The position numbers were made by a program, and so were the translations under genes. Below are positions 35,153 to 47,708 of a stretch of 64,000 bases of DNA, in pieces (position 1 is the first letter of the stretch; every line of letters starts with the position of its first letter). Below the pieces are notes generated by a model. The model made no database searches and was not told the DNA's origin. It saw only the letters and a list, made by a program, of their open reading frames with translations. Source of the DNA: the human T2T-CHM13v2.0 reference genome, Homo sapiens; the NCBI GenBank assembly GCA_009914755.4, contig CP068257.2:40384001-40448000 (forward strand). The letters are read 5' to 3'.

Positions 35153-35827
35153 GGGCTCTTTGCCCGCAGCATAGGGAGGCTGGAGAGGGCCCTCTGCCTG
35201 TCCCCAGTCTTGGGAAAGTCCTTCTCTGTGCGGCGGTGAAATACTCAAAGAGAGGTGAAGGCGGGGCCTCTCTGGGAAGGTGACCTGGGGTAAGGAGCCT
35301 GGGTTGCAAGTCTCTGGGAGTCAGCGGGACCCTGCTGTGCCCTTGGCTTTTCCTCTATGGCCCTTCTCTAGCTCAGGAACTCTACTATGCTGTTCCTGGT
35401 GCCACCTGTCCCAGAGGTTGTGAGCCAGTACCGTGTTCTCTGCCCTCAAATATGACTTCCATCTGTTTCCTCCTCAGTATTTACAATGCAGACAGAGATT
35501 GCCTGATTCTGTGTTGCCGCCCTTCCACTCTAGGCTGCCTGGGTCAGCTGCGTGTCTGTTTCTGTAGATTTGGAGGGGCCTCATCCTGGGCTGGCTTTGC
35601 ATAACGAGAACAAACAAGAGCTGTCCAAACTGCTGTGGAACCAACTTTCCTTTCCTTGAGAGGAAGCTGGAATTCAAGGTGCTGAGTGAACCTACTTCCA
35701 GACAGGTGGTCCTAAATGGGAAGTGTTGCATGGATCTCAGAAAATGACAGTCCCTAAAATAAGTCCATTTGTTTTTCCAAAATCACCAAAAACCTGGGAG
35801 TGGAACGCAGTCACCTTTGAGACACAG

Positions 35828-36098
35828 CTTGACAGTGACTGTGGCCTTTGATTGAGCACAGTGAGGGACAGACTTTTGATTAAGAAGGGCACCACCACAC
35901 CCTACAAGGCTGATGGGCAAGTCAGTTCCTCTAAGGCAAACTCTCCTTTCCTTGTGGCTCGAAAAAAGCCGGAGGACTTTGGAGATGGAGAAGAACCAGG
36001 AGGTCTTCTAGGTCAATTTGCTCACTTTTCAGATGCAGAGCTTAGCTCACCGAGGCTGGGGCAGCATCAGGATCAGAACTCAGACCCTTTGACCCCAG
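35828..36098 (+). repeat. Local duplicate Y2 (about 88% identical to Y1)
   Basis: cttgacagtgactgtggcctttgattgagcacagtgagggacagacttttgattaagaagggcaccaccacaccctacaaggctgatgggcaagtcagttcctctaaggcaaactctcctttccttgtggctcg...gtcttctaggtcaatttgctcacttttcagatgcagagcttagctcaccgaggctggggcagcatcaggatcagaactcagaccctttgaccccag. Confidence 0.8.
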
Positions 36099-36267
36099 AC
36101 AGGTAGTCCTGAGATTATTATAAGCTCCGTTTATTACAACTTCTGGGAGCCAATCATTTGAAGCAGAAGGTAATGTTTCCTGCTCTGGTGAAATGAAGAC
36201 TAGTTGAAGAAACAGTTTGCAGAAATATTGAAGTGTAGCTCCATTCAGCTCTGTCTTAAATAGTGTT

Positions 36268-36675
36268 TGTGGCAGCAGTCAGGCCTTGAGGGGTGTTAAG
36301 GGCTGAATTGCATCCACCCCAAACTCATATGTTAAAGTCCGAACCCCCAATACCTCCTGATGTGACTCTATTTGGAGGTAGAGTCTTTAAGTGAGTGAAT
36401 AAATCAGATTCACTAGTGTGGGCCCTAATTCAATCTGACTGTGCCCTTATCGAAAGAGGAGATGAGGACACAGACACTCACAGAGGGACGGCCACGTAAG
36501 GACATGGAGAAGTCACCATCTGCAAGCCAAGGAGAGAGGCCTCCTGGGGAACCAACCCTGCCGATGCCTTGATCTTGGACTTCCAGCCCCCAGAACTGTT
36601 ATGAAATAAATGTCTGTCATTTAAAGCCACCCAGTCTGTGGTATCTTGTTATGGAAGCCCTAGTAAATTGATGCA
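36268..36675 (+). mobile_element. MaLR-type solo LTR (MST/MLT1-like), plus orientation
   Basis: It starts tgtggcagcagtcaggccttgaggggtgttaagggctgaattgcatccaccccaaactcatatgttaaagtccgaacccccaatacctcctgatgtgactctatttggaggtagagtctttaag and ends gccttgatcttggacttccagcccccagaactgttatgaaataaatgtctgtcatttaaagccacccagtctgtggtatcttgttatggaagccctagtaaa. Confidence 0.75.
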
Positions 36676-38794
36676 AGGGACAAGGCAGTCAGAAGTGGCA
36701 TTCGACTTCCAATTAGAAGTCTTACAAATGCTGTAGGCTCCAAGCCCAGGGTCAAGGTGGGAGGCTGTGTGCACTCGGGAAGTGCTAAATAAACGCCTGG
36801 TCACTACTGATTGGTCCACACATGGGGCCGTGGGTGCAGAAACTGCTGTTGTTTTTAGCAACACCCTCATAGACCTAGGAAACAATGCCATCATCACCAA
36901 CTACAACTCTGCCTCTCTTCACATGTTAACTTTGTAAATAGAGGAAGATAACTTTGATAATGATGGCCTATAAGGACTTTCTTTTGAACAGGATAAATCT
37001 CTGTGGCAGAGATCACTGGTTGCCACCCCCACATCCACCCTCCACCTTCCCTTCCTTCTTAGCAACAGAACTCTGCTTTATCTGGAGTGTTTAATGTGCC
37101 CAGCTAAAAGACCACTTTTCCCAGCCTCTTGTTCCTTTTGGCCCTCATATGATGTTCTGCCAAAAATATGTCCACGGAAATGTGCTGTGGGGATTCTGGG
37201 AAGTCTTCGTCAAGGGGAGGGGATATTTCTCTTGGATCCCTCTGCTTCTTTCCCTCTGTTGCCTGGAATATGTATGTCATAGCTGGTGCTCCAGCAGCCA
37301 TATTGTTCCTTGAGTTGCCTCTGAGAAGGGAAGCCACATGTGGTAGAACACAAAACCAGGAGCAGCCTGGGAGTCTGGTGGCTTCCATATTTTCCCTGAA
37401 ACACCTGCTTTCACACTCGTTTTATGTATGAGAATGAAACCTTTCTGTGTTTAAGCCACCACAGTAAGAGCTTTGCTACATCCAGCTGAGCATAATCCTA
37501 ACATTTTCTGTGGTTCAAGATGAATGAAGGCATCTTAGTCCAAAGAGGTTAAAAAAAGTACCTGAGTGTACATTTGGTGACTAGAAACGCCTCCCTCTTT
37601 TCTGGCCCTGAAGGGATGTGAGAACCTCTGGGTTACATGAATCTGGTGCACTCAGATACATGGTGTGTCCTTCTTGTTCCCAGATTGACGACTCTGCTTT
37701 CTCTTGGTCCGTGATGGAAGAGGAAGCCCGAACGCACGCCTCTATCAGCAACTCTGCAGCACCGCACTTGCCACTCGGAGAAAATGCTTTGAAAGCCCAG
37801 ACAGCCACATACCATTAGAAACAGGTAAGAGGGCTGCAGCTGGCAAAGACAATGCGTAGCTTTTTCCTTTCTTTTCACTTGTGTTTTCTTTTCTTGGCTT
37901 TAGCTTGATCTTAATCCATGTTAGCATTTCCATGTGTTTTCTCTGTAAAAGGAGCGACTTTGGAGCTTTGCAGATTGGAAAAATAAGTAGGGTGAAGGAA
38001 GGGTGAGACCTGGGTGAGCCCAGACCCGGGGGTCCAGGATCCAGGCCCTCAGCATGGACTGCCCATCCCCCAGGCAGGTACAAGCCCGGGGTTGGGGATT
38101 GGGTTCATGGAAGAGACCCTGAAGACACCCTGGAGAAGCAGCTGTGTGGTGCCTGGCAGCCACAGTGCAGAGACAAACTGCAGGAAACAATGGGGAACCT
38201 GGCCCAGTTACAAATGGGATCCGTGGGCACAAACAAGGGCAGAGCCCAGCAAGGAGGCAGCGAGCACTCTGGAAATAGCATTGTTGGCTGATTGAAGGTG
38301 TTTGTGGTTGAACCAGGTGGCCTATTTCAAAATAGCAACCTGACCAGGCGCAACTGGGCTCTCCTTCTTTCCTTACAGATGTTGTGAGGACCTAGAGGCG
38401 GGGCCAATCCAGTCACTTCCAGAGGCTGCTCTGGTCCATGCCCCAAGGGCAGGAGTTTAAGAGGTGGTCCCAGGAGGCAGTCCTTGGTCTCAGTCTGGCC
38501 TTTTGGGGTCCCTGCACTGGCTGAGGCTCAACACTGCAGGGGAAGGCTGACTCCATCTCCAGCCATCCTGGAATTTCCCTTCATATGCAGCCCATGACAA
38601 GCTGGACCCCACAACTCTCTGGAGTTCTGGCCCATGTTGGAGGTGCCACGCTGTCCTCAGAGGGGCTCAGACAGAGGAGCCTGCCTTTGAGGGAAGCAGG
38701 TACAAGCCCACCTCATTGCAGCCTCTTCTCTGCTGCTGTGTTTTTACCTACACTGCTCCAGACTTGGCCTTTGAAAGCTCATGTTGAAACATAG

Positions 38795-39217
<423 letters not shown>

Positions 39218-39890
39218 TGAAGACCCAGAAACCCCTCTGCCCTGCAGAAGGCCCCCTCTGGCCCAAGGTCTGTCTCATCTTGGCTTTAGATCAGGGTTCC
39301 CCTGGGAGCTTTCCAAAAGCCCAGTGCCAGGCCGCACCCCAGGCCACTCTGGTCCGTTCTCCTGGGGAGGGTGTGGGTGCTCCCCACCATCCCAGTGTTT
39401 GCCGGGGCTGAGGGTTGTTGCCAGATGTGGACACAGGGCACAGCCAGGGGCAGGTGGGTGCTGGAGCAAGGCCCTGCTGTCAGCTCAGGAAGCCTGACCT
39501 TTTGAGGGGCCCAGCCTTGCCAAGGGCAAGTGAGCTTCAGCCTCTGAAACTCAGGTTGCTGTGGCTCAGGCTGCAGTTAGAGACCTGGGCAAGCATGGGT
39601 CTTCACTGATTAGCAGCCTTGGGCACATCCTTGCTCTGAGCTATAGGGCCCTCCTGTGTACCCAGGGATGACAGCAGCCCCTTGCAGGCTCACTGTAAAG
39701 GTGGAGGCAAGAGCACTGGGGACCTTGCACAGTACTGGACCCACACCGCCCTGAGTCTCTTCCACTTGAACAATATGCACACTCAGATCTGGACGCTCCC
39801 TAGGCTGGCCTCCTCCTTTATCTGCTGATCTTCTGACAGACTTCCCTAGCTCCTAAAGTATGTTTTCTCCTTCTTCTTCAAGAGATTTTT

Positions 39891-40644
<754 letters not shown>

Positions 40645-41676
40645 TCTTCTCTGCTTTTTTCCCCTTCCACTGACATTTCACATTTCCTCAACCTGGCCTT
40701 TCTGCTTTCTTTAGGTCCTTCCCCCACTCTATGCTCTGTCCAGGTGAAGTTGTGGGTTAATTATAATAATAACCCTCTGTTTTGTCGCTATTTCCTCCCA
40801 GGGTGTTCTCTAATCAGCAGAACTTTTCTTCCTCTGGTTCTAAACCTTGGGCTAATCTGACCATGGTTTTCTGAGTGGTTTGGTCTGTGGACACTGAAAT
40901 CCCCTCTTGCTTGGCTGGGTCAGTTCACTGAGTACCCTGCCCATGGTTCCCTCTTGTCCTCCTAACCCCAGGGGGCCTTTGACAGCCCAGGCAGACAAGT
41001 CAATGCAGCGTGTGCTGGTGTGTGCATGTATGTGTGATGCGTATGCACGTGCATGCATCATAGTCTGTAATTTACACACAGTGAGTTGCTTCTCCCCTTC
41101 CGCTGGTCGTTGTTTCCTTCATTCCCTTGGGCCTGATGTTGCACAGTTGCTTGGTGGAATTCCCGCTCATTTCCCAGTGAGAGAGCAGAAGAAGTAATCA
41201 ATTGATCTCCGTGGGATTTGGTCTAAGTGAAGAAAGCACAAGTGAGAATTTTACATCACCCTTTGGGGAAAGGTTTTGGTCCAAGAATTTTATAATGACC
41301 GTGTTTGGGTGTGGATATTGTGCCCAGCAATGGGAAAACATGATGTTTTGATGAGGGGTTACGAAAACTGATTGTTGGATGTGTAGACACTAGCATTCAT
41401 GAATTGCCAGATTCCATGGTACGGTGACAGAAGGACCTTACCATCTTGGTTTAAGTGAAACACAGTGTATTAGTTCATTTTCACATTGCTGATAAAGACA
41501 TACCTGAGGCTGAGCAATTTACAAAAGAAAGGGGTTTCACTAGACTGACAGTTCCACGTGGCTGAGGAGGCTTCATAATCATGGCAGAAGGCAAGGAGGA
41601 GCAAGTCATATCTTACGTGGTTGGTGGCAGCAAAGCGAGAGCTTGTGCAGAGAAACTCCCATTTTTAAAACCGTCA

Positions 41677-42190
<514 letters not shown>

Positions 42191-42194
42191 ATCA

Positions 42195-42350
42195 GATCTT
42201 GTGAGACTCATTCACTATCAGGAGAACAGCACAGGAAAGACATGCCCCCATGATTCAATCATCTCCCACTGGGTTGCTTCCACAACATGTGGGAATTATG
42301 GGAGCTACAAGATGAGATTTGGGTGGGGACACAGAGCCAAACCATATCAC
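42195..42350 (-). mobile_element. THE1-type MaLR LTR 5' fragment of about 150 bp, minus orientation
   Basis: cttgtgagactcattcactatcaggagaacagcacaggaaagacatgcccccatgattcaatcatctcccactgggttgcttccacaacatgtgggaattatgggagctacaagatgagatttgggtggggacacagagccaaaccatatca is the reverse complement of the start of the THE1 LTR (TGATATGGTTTGGCTGTGTCCCCACCCAAATCTCATCTTGAATTGTAGCTCCCATAATTCCCAC...). Confidence 0.8.
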
Positions 42351-42774
42351 ATAGTCACGGGGCTGTGGAGGCCCAGGGTGGCTGCCTTCAACCCCACCGG
42401 GGCTGCTAGACACCCTCCTCCAGGATTTGAACTGATGCCCAGCACGATCGGGGGCAGGACCTGGGTGCAGCTTCCCCCACTCTTGTGCACGTCCTTAGAT
42501 AGTATGTGAAGCAAGGCGCTAGCCACAGGCTCCAAGAGTTGAGAGTGCTGGGGTGCCTCATCAGGAACTGTGGTGCCCCTGCAGCTCCTTTCTAGGAAGG
42601 CAGAGAAGGCACTCATGTCAGCACCTTTCAGCTGGTGTCAGGTCAGACAAAGGCACTGTCTCCACTGCAAACAAACACAATTCTTTTTTGATGAATCAGA
42701 AGTCAAGAAACCAGGCCTGCAACACAGTAGTGAAGAGGTAGAAACAATCCAAAAGTCCAATAACAGATGCATGG

Positions 42775-42895
42775 GTAGGCAAAATGCAGGACGTCCATAG
42801 AGTGAAATAGTATTCAGCCATGAAAAGGAATGGAGTACAGGTACATGCTACAGCATGGGTGAACCTTGGAAAAATTGTGCTAACGGCAAAAGAAA
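42775..42895 (+). mobile_element. Old L1 (L1M-type) 3'-end, part a; it is interrupted at 42895 by a younger L1 and resumes at 43905
   Basis: gaaatagtattcagccatgaaaaggaatggagtacaggtacatgctacagcatgggtgaaccttggaaaaattgtgctaa matches the L1 ORF2 C-terminus (EYYSAIKRNE...WMNLENIMLS). Confidence 0.65.
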
Positions 42896-43904
42896 CTATC
42901 ATCAGAGTAAACAGACAACCTACAGAATGGAAGAAAATTTTTGCAAGCTACCCATCTGACAAAAGTCAAATATCCATAATCTAGAAGGAACTTAAGCAAA
43001 CTTACAAGAAAAAAACAAACAACCCCATCAAAAAGTGGGCAAAGGATATGAACAGACACCTCTCAAAAGAAGACATTTATGTAGCAAACAAACATATGAA
43101 AAACAACTCATCATCACTGGTCATTAGAGAGATGCAAATTGAAACCACAATGAGATACCATCTCATGCCAGTTAGAATGGTGATTATTAAAAAGTTAGGA
43201 AACAACAGGTGCTGGCGAGGCTGTGGAGAAATAGGAACACTTTTACACTGTTGGTGGGAATGTAAATTAGTTCAACCATTGTGGAAAACAGTGTGGAGAT
43301 TTCTCAAGGATCTAGAACCAGAAATATCATTTGACCCAGCAATTCCATTACTGGGTATATACTCAAAGGATTATAAATCATTCTACTATAAAGACACATG
43401 CACACATATGTTTATGGCAGCACTATTTACAATAGCAAAGACTTGGAACCAACCCAAATGCCCATTAATGATAGACTGGATAAAGAAAATGTGGCACATA
43501 TACACCACGGAATACTATATAGCCATAAAAAAGAATGAGTTCATGTCCTTTGCAGGGACATGGATGAAGGTGGAAGCCATCTTTCTCAGCAAATCAGCAC
43601 AGGAACAGAAAACCAGACACCGCATATTCTCACTCATAAATGGGAGTTGAACAATGAGAACACGTGGGCACAGGAGGGGAACATCACACACTGGGGCCTG
43701 TTGTAAGGTGGGGGGAAGGGGAGGGAGAGCATTAGGACAAATACCTAATGCATGTGGGGCTTAAAACCTAGATGACAGGTTGATAGGTGCAGCAAACCAC
43801 CATGTCACATGTATACCTATGTAACAAACCTGCATGTTCTGCACTCGTAACCCGGAACTTTAAGTAAAATAAAAAAAATTAAATTAAAAAAGAAAAGAAA
43901 ATAT
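42896..43904 (+). mobile_element. Younger L1 (L1PA-like) 3' fragment of about 1 kb: ORF2 C-terminus plus 3'UTR and A-rich tail, inserted into the older L1
   Basis: ORF 43048-43650 reads [200 protein letters not shown], the classic L1 ORF2 C-terminal sequence. Its 3' end is ggaactttaagtaaaataaaaaaaattaaattaaaaaagaaaagaaaa. Confidence 0.9.
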
Positions 43905-44215
43905 TGGGCTAAGTAAAAGAAACAGATACAGAAGACCCAAAATTGTATGGCTCAATTTACATGACACGTCCAGAATATGCAAATTCGTGGAAACAGAAAG
44001 CAGATAAGTGGTTGCTTAGGGCGCAGGGTGACAAGGAGATTAGGAGGATTGAGGAAGTGACAGCTAAAGGGGCTTCTTTTTGGGGGTGATGAAAATGTTA
44101 TAAAATGGACGGCGGGGATGGTCACACAACTCCATGCTAAAAAGTGAATTGTACACTTTAAATGGGTGAATTGAATAGCATGTGCGGTATATCGCAATAA
44201 AGCCATTACAACAGA
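43905..44215 (+). mobile_element. Old L1 (L1M-type) 3'-end, part b (continuation of 42775-42895)
   Basis: gggctaagtaaaagaaacagatacagaagacccaaaattgtatggctcaatttacatgacacgtccagaatatgcaaattcgtggaaacagaaagcagataagtggttgcttagggcgcagggtgacaaggagattaggaggattgaggaagtgacagctaaaggggc...ccatgctaaaaagtgaattgtacactttaaatgggtgaattgaatagcatgtgcggtatatcgcaataaagccattacaacagaaa is co-linear with the L1M 3'UTR consensus (...tgctaagtgaaagaagccag...ccacttatatgaggtacctagagtagtcaaattcatagagacagaaagtagaatggtggttgccaggggctgg...gtacacttaaaaatggttaagatgg). Confidence 0.7.
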
Positions 44216-45041
44216 AAGAATCAAGGAACAAACAAAAGTGGCAGGGTTGGGAGGACGGGTCTGGAGGTAGCAGGGAGGGTCACAGTCCCCAGGGCCCAAC
44301 TGGGAGCTCTCCTGTTCCCCGGAAGACATGCTGCCACGGCCCCTCCCACCAGTTGTCACTTAATCTCAGGAAGAGTCTGCCACAAATGCCCCGTTGCAGC
44401 GGCTCTTCCCAGCAGAAGGGGAGAAAAAGAGGCCCGAGTCCCCGGGAGCTGATCAAAGGTCTGAGCTGTGCTGGCAGTGACCATTGTGCAACTGAACAAA
44501 TGCGTGGCAGGAATATAAACAGACTCCACCTTTCAGCATCGAGCTTGGTTAGGAACATGGCTTGACAGCCAGCTTCGTCTTCCTAAGCCGATGTTAAACT
44601 CCATCCATCACTTTCATTCTTTGCATGAATCTTGTTCTTTCTATTTGGAGCCATGTACTCTGGGTCTTAGAGAATGGAAACAGGCCCGAAAGCCTGTCAG
44701 ATGCACTTAGGATAAATGAGAAGTCATTCCTTTCGCCATGGCGTTAGGAAGATGACGGTGACCCTGCCGGTAGAGATGGCCTTCCAGAGTGTATTGCCTG
44801 AATCCTGCCTATATCCAAGCTGGTGAACCCTGGCTGCCTGCCGGCTGAATGATGGGGTCGTTCTCAATTCCACCCAGCTCCTAGCTTGCTGTTCTTTTCC
44901 TTCCCATTGGCCTGTGGCTCTCCCTTCCTTGGGTCCCCGGCCCCTGCCCTCAGCCCCACAATCCCGGAGCTGCATTCAAGCCCCTCACGGCCTTCTACAC
45001 TCTGACGTCTTGAGAACAAGCACACAAATGACTGTTCATTC

Positions 45042-45452
45042 TGTGGTAGACTGAATAAAGGCCCCCCAAGATGTCTGCATCCTCATCCCCAGATATGTGA
45101 CCCCAGAAGGCAAAGGCACTTGGGAGAGGTGACTAAGTGAAGGATCTTGAGCTGGAGAGATTTTCCTGGATATCCAGGTGGGCCCCAAATGTCATCACAA
45201 GGGTCCATGCAGGGAAAGAAGGAGGGCAGGAGGGTCATTGAAGGAAGTGGAGATCAGAGCTGGAGAGAAGTTTGAAGAGGCTGGCTGCCCTCTGGCCTTG
45301 AAGATGGAGGAGGGGCCACGAGCCAAGGGATGCAGGCAGCGTCTAGGAGCCAAAAAAGCAGGAAACGGATCCTCCCCTGAAACTCCAAAAGGAACACGGC
45401 GCTGCTGACACCTTGATTTTAGACTTCTGACATCGGGAACTGCAGGGTAACA
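45042..45452 (+). mobile_element. MSTA-like MaLR LTR, 3'-truncated, plus orientation
   Basis: tgtggtagactgaataaaggccccccaagatgtctgcatcctcatccccagatatgtgaccccagaaggcaaaggcacttgggagaggtgactaagtgaaggatcttgagctggagagattttcctggatatccaggtgggccccaaatgtcatcacaagggtccatgcagggaaagaaggagggcaggagggtcattgaaggaagtggagatcagagctggagagaagtttgaagaggctggctgccctctggccttgaagatggaggaggggccacgagccaagggatgcaggcagc is close to the MSTA consensus (TGTGGCAGGTTGAATAATGGCCCCCCAAAGATGTCCACGTCCTAATCCCCAGAACCTGTGAATATGTTACCTTACATGGCAAAAGGGACTTTGCAGATGTGATTAAGGATCTTGAGATGGGGAGATTATCCTGGATTATC...). Confidence 0.8.
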
Positions 45453-45465
45453 TGTTATTCTGCCT

Positions 45466-45812
45466 GGGCTGCTGTAACAAAACACCATAGACTGGGCAGT
45501 TTATAAACAACAGATGTTCATTTCTCACAGTTCTGGAGGCTGGGAAGTCTGAGATCAAGGCGCTGGCAGATTTAATGTCTGGCGAGGGCCACTTCCTGGT
45601 TTATAGCTGGCATCTTCTCACTGTGTCCCCACATGGTGGAGGGGGTGAAAAGTCTCTTTCTAGGGTCCCTTTTATAAGGGCATTAATGCCGTTCATGAGA
45701 GCCTCATCCCTATGAACTAATCACCTCCCAAAGGCTCCATCTCCTAATACCAGCACCTTGGGGGTTAAGATTTCAACACGTGAATTTGGGTGGGACACAC
45801 TCAGTCTGTAGC
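45466..45812 (+). mobile_element. MaLR/MLT1-like LTR abutting the truncated MSTA
   Basis: ctgggctgctgtaacaaaacaccatagactgggcagtttataaacaacagatgttcatttctcacagttctggaggctgggaagtctgagatcaaggcgctggcagatttaatgtctggcgagggccacttcctggtttatagctggcatcttctcactgtgtccccacatggtggagggggtgaaaagtctctttctagggtcccttttataagggcattaatgccgttcatgagagcctcatccctatgaactaatcacctcccaaaggctccatctcctaataccagcaccttgggggttaagatttcaacacgtgaatttgggtgggacacactcag. Confidence 0.7.
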
Positions 45813-46197
45813 AGGTAATAAGCATATGTCCTGCAAGCCCTTGAGCTTGTGTGCTTTGTTACAGCAGTGACGGGAAACTGACACATGGGTTTTACCCTTG
45901 GCAAAGGCAGGGAAACAGGCAAGGTTTCACAAGAAAGGAAGCTGTAAGATCCCGAAAGTCACTAGTTCTGGAGGACACTGTCCTTCCCACAGTATCAACA
46001 GACCCAGGTCTGTTTTCCACGGTTCTTCTCTGACTCTCTGGTTGAAACTTATCCAGGGAGTTTCCCAATTCTTGTGTGTGTGGGGGGGTCATCTTGCCCA
46101 ACCCTGGCCAGGTTGGAGCTTGGGCCAGGTGCCCTGGGCTGGCTGCAGGGCGGCTGCTGGGGGTGTCCTGGCCACTAGTTCTGACGGAGCTCCAGCC

Positions 46198-46228
46198 TCT
46201 CCTCACCTGTCATGAGCAGGTGAGGAGA
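46198..46228. other. Perfect 12-bp inverted repeat with a 7-nt spacer (tctcctcacctg-tcatgag-caggtgaggaga) containing two opposed E-boxes (CACCTG and CAGGTG)
   Basis: Read directly from the sequence ...ccagcctctcctcacctgtcatgagcaggtgaggagacctgcc... Confidence 0.85.
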
Positions 46229-47708
46229 CCTGCCCACATGACCTGCCCCTCCCCATCCTGAGACGCTGGATGCCCACGTTTTCTTTTTGCCGCCATTTCG
46301 GAGTCTGCTGGGGAGGAGGGCGAATGCCGTGGCCCCCCTTGTCAGGCGGCCCTGCTTATCTCTGCAAGTTGTCTCTGGATGTCTCACAGGAGCCTTCACA
46401 ACTCCAGGCCCTGGAGGTTGGCCGAGCCCTTGAAACTTCCCCAGCAGCCCTGGGGCCTCATTGCTGGGTTTCAGCCTGCCGCACTGTTCCCTGGGGCTCT
46501 GGCGCTGAGAGGCCCCTCCCTCTGAGGGGCTCAGTTGCTTGGAGTCTGTTCAGCAGCTGGAAGAGGAGGCGGTGCTTCTTCACTGAGGCTCTCTGCCTCA
46601 CGTGCTTTGCCATCTATGTTCTGAGTTGATGTCTTGACAAAGACCCCCTCCTTGGTCGTGAGTGACAGAGCAGGGGCCAAGCTCCCTGTATCTGGTGACC
46701 TTGAGCCCCTTCTGCCATGCCCAGCGGGCTTCTGTCCCTTTTGCTTCCAAGTCCCTGTTTTCCACGATGGTAGCTTTGAGCTCTCCACTCCTTTGAAACC
46801 CCGACCCTAATGATGCCGGAGGGAGCCCTCCATGCTCAGAGGACCAGCTGCAGCCACCTCTTCAAATTCCTTTTGACTCATTCTTGCGTCATCACTGGAT
46901 GCGTGGTTGAGTCCTTGCTTGGTAGCAGGGGCTAGGGATTCTGTGGTTATTCCGGCCCACTAGGAGTTTACAGTGTCATGGAGACTACCAAATACAGAAC
47001 TATGCAAACATCTAATTCCATTGTGATGAGGGGTATGATGAGAAGGTTCAGGGCAGCGCGGCAGGGCCCATATGGTTTCAGGGCCAGTGAGGCCATCCAT
47101 GAGTGTGATGTTTAGGCTGAGAGTAGACACCTGAGTGGCAGGGAATGGACTGTGTCTGTGTGTGTGCAGATGTGTATGTGCTTTTGCTTACCACAGGGCA
47201 GGACGCCACATTCCAGATACGTTTGAAAGGACGTCCGACTGCTCGTTCACTTATCTGTCTGGGAACTGCTCCTGGAGCACCACAATGCCAGGCCCAGGCT
47301 GGGGCATGAAGCAGTGTGGACTGAAATGGGGAGTGGACGCCAGCGAGTGGTCACTGCCTTCTCTCTGGAGGGAAGGAAGGTAGCAGCTTGGGCAAGAGCG
47401 ATGGCCAGGAGAGCAGGGAGGCTGAATGGAGAAAGAACGGAGAATGGTCAGAAGGTCCTGGGTGCCCCAGGGCCAGAGGCTGATTGAAAGTGCTGGAAGA
47501 GGCACAGGGCAGGCCCCAGGGGCCTCTAGTCTCCAGCATGAACAACTGGGAGACCTTGGGGTCCCTTGAAGGAGAGAGGCAGGCACAGAGAAGTGAGTTG
47601 TGGGGTCAAGGGGCTGTGAGCTCCTATTCCCGCTTCTCCTGGGGTGAGTGATGGTGGGGAAGCAGGGAGTGCAGCAGAAAGAAGGAGGGGCGCCTCAGAG
47701 AACCCCAT

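Noticed and set aside
43048-43650. 200-aa ORF that resembles a real protein
   Set aside because: It is the C-terminal part of L1 ORF2 (reverse-transcriptase tail) from a truncated L1 3' fragment, which is transposon-derived and truncated, so it is not a host gene.
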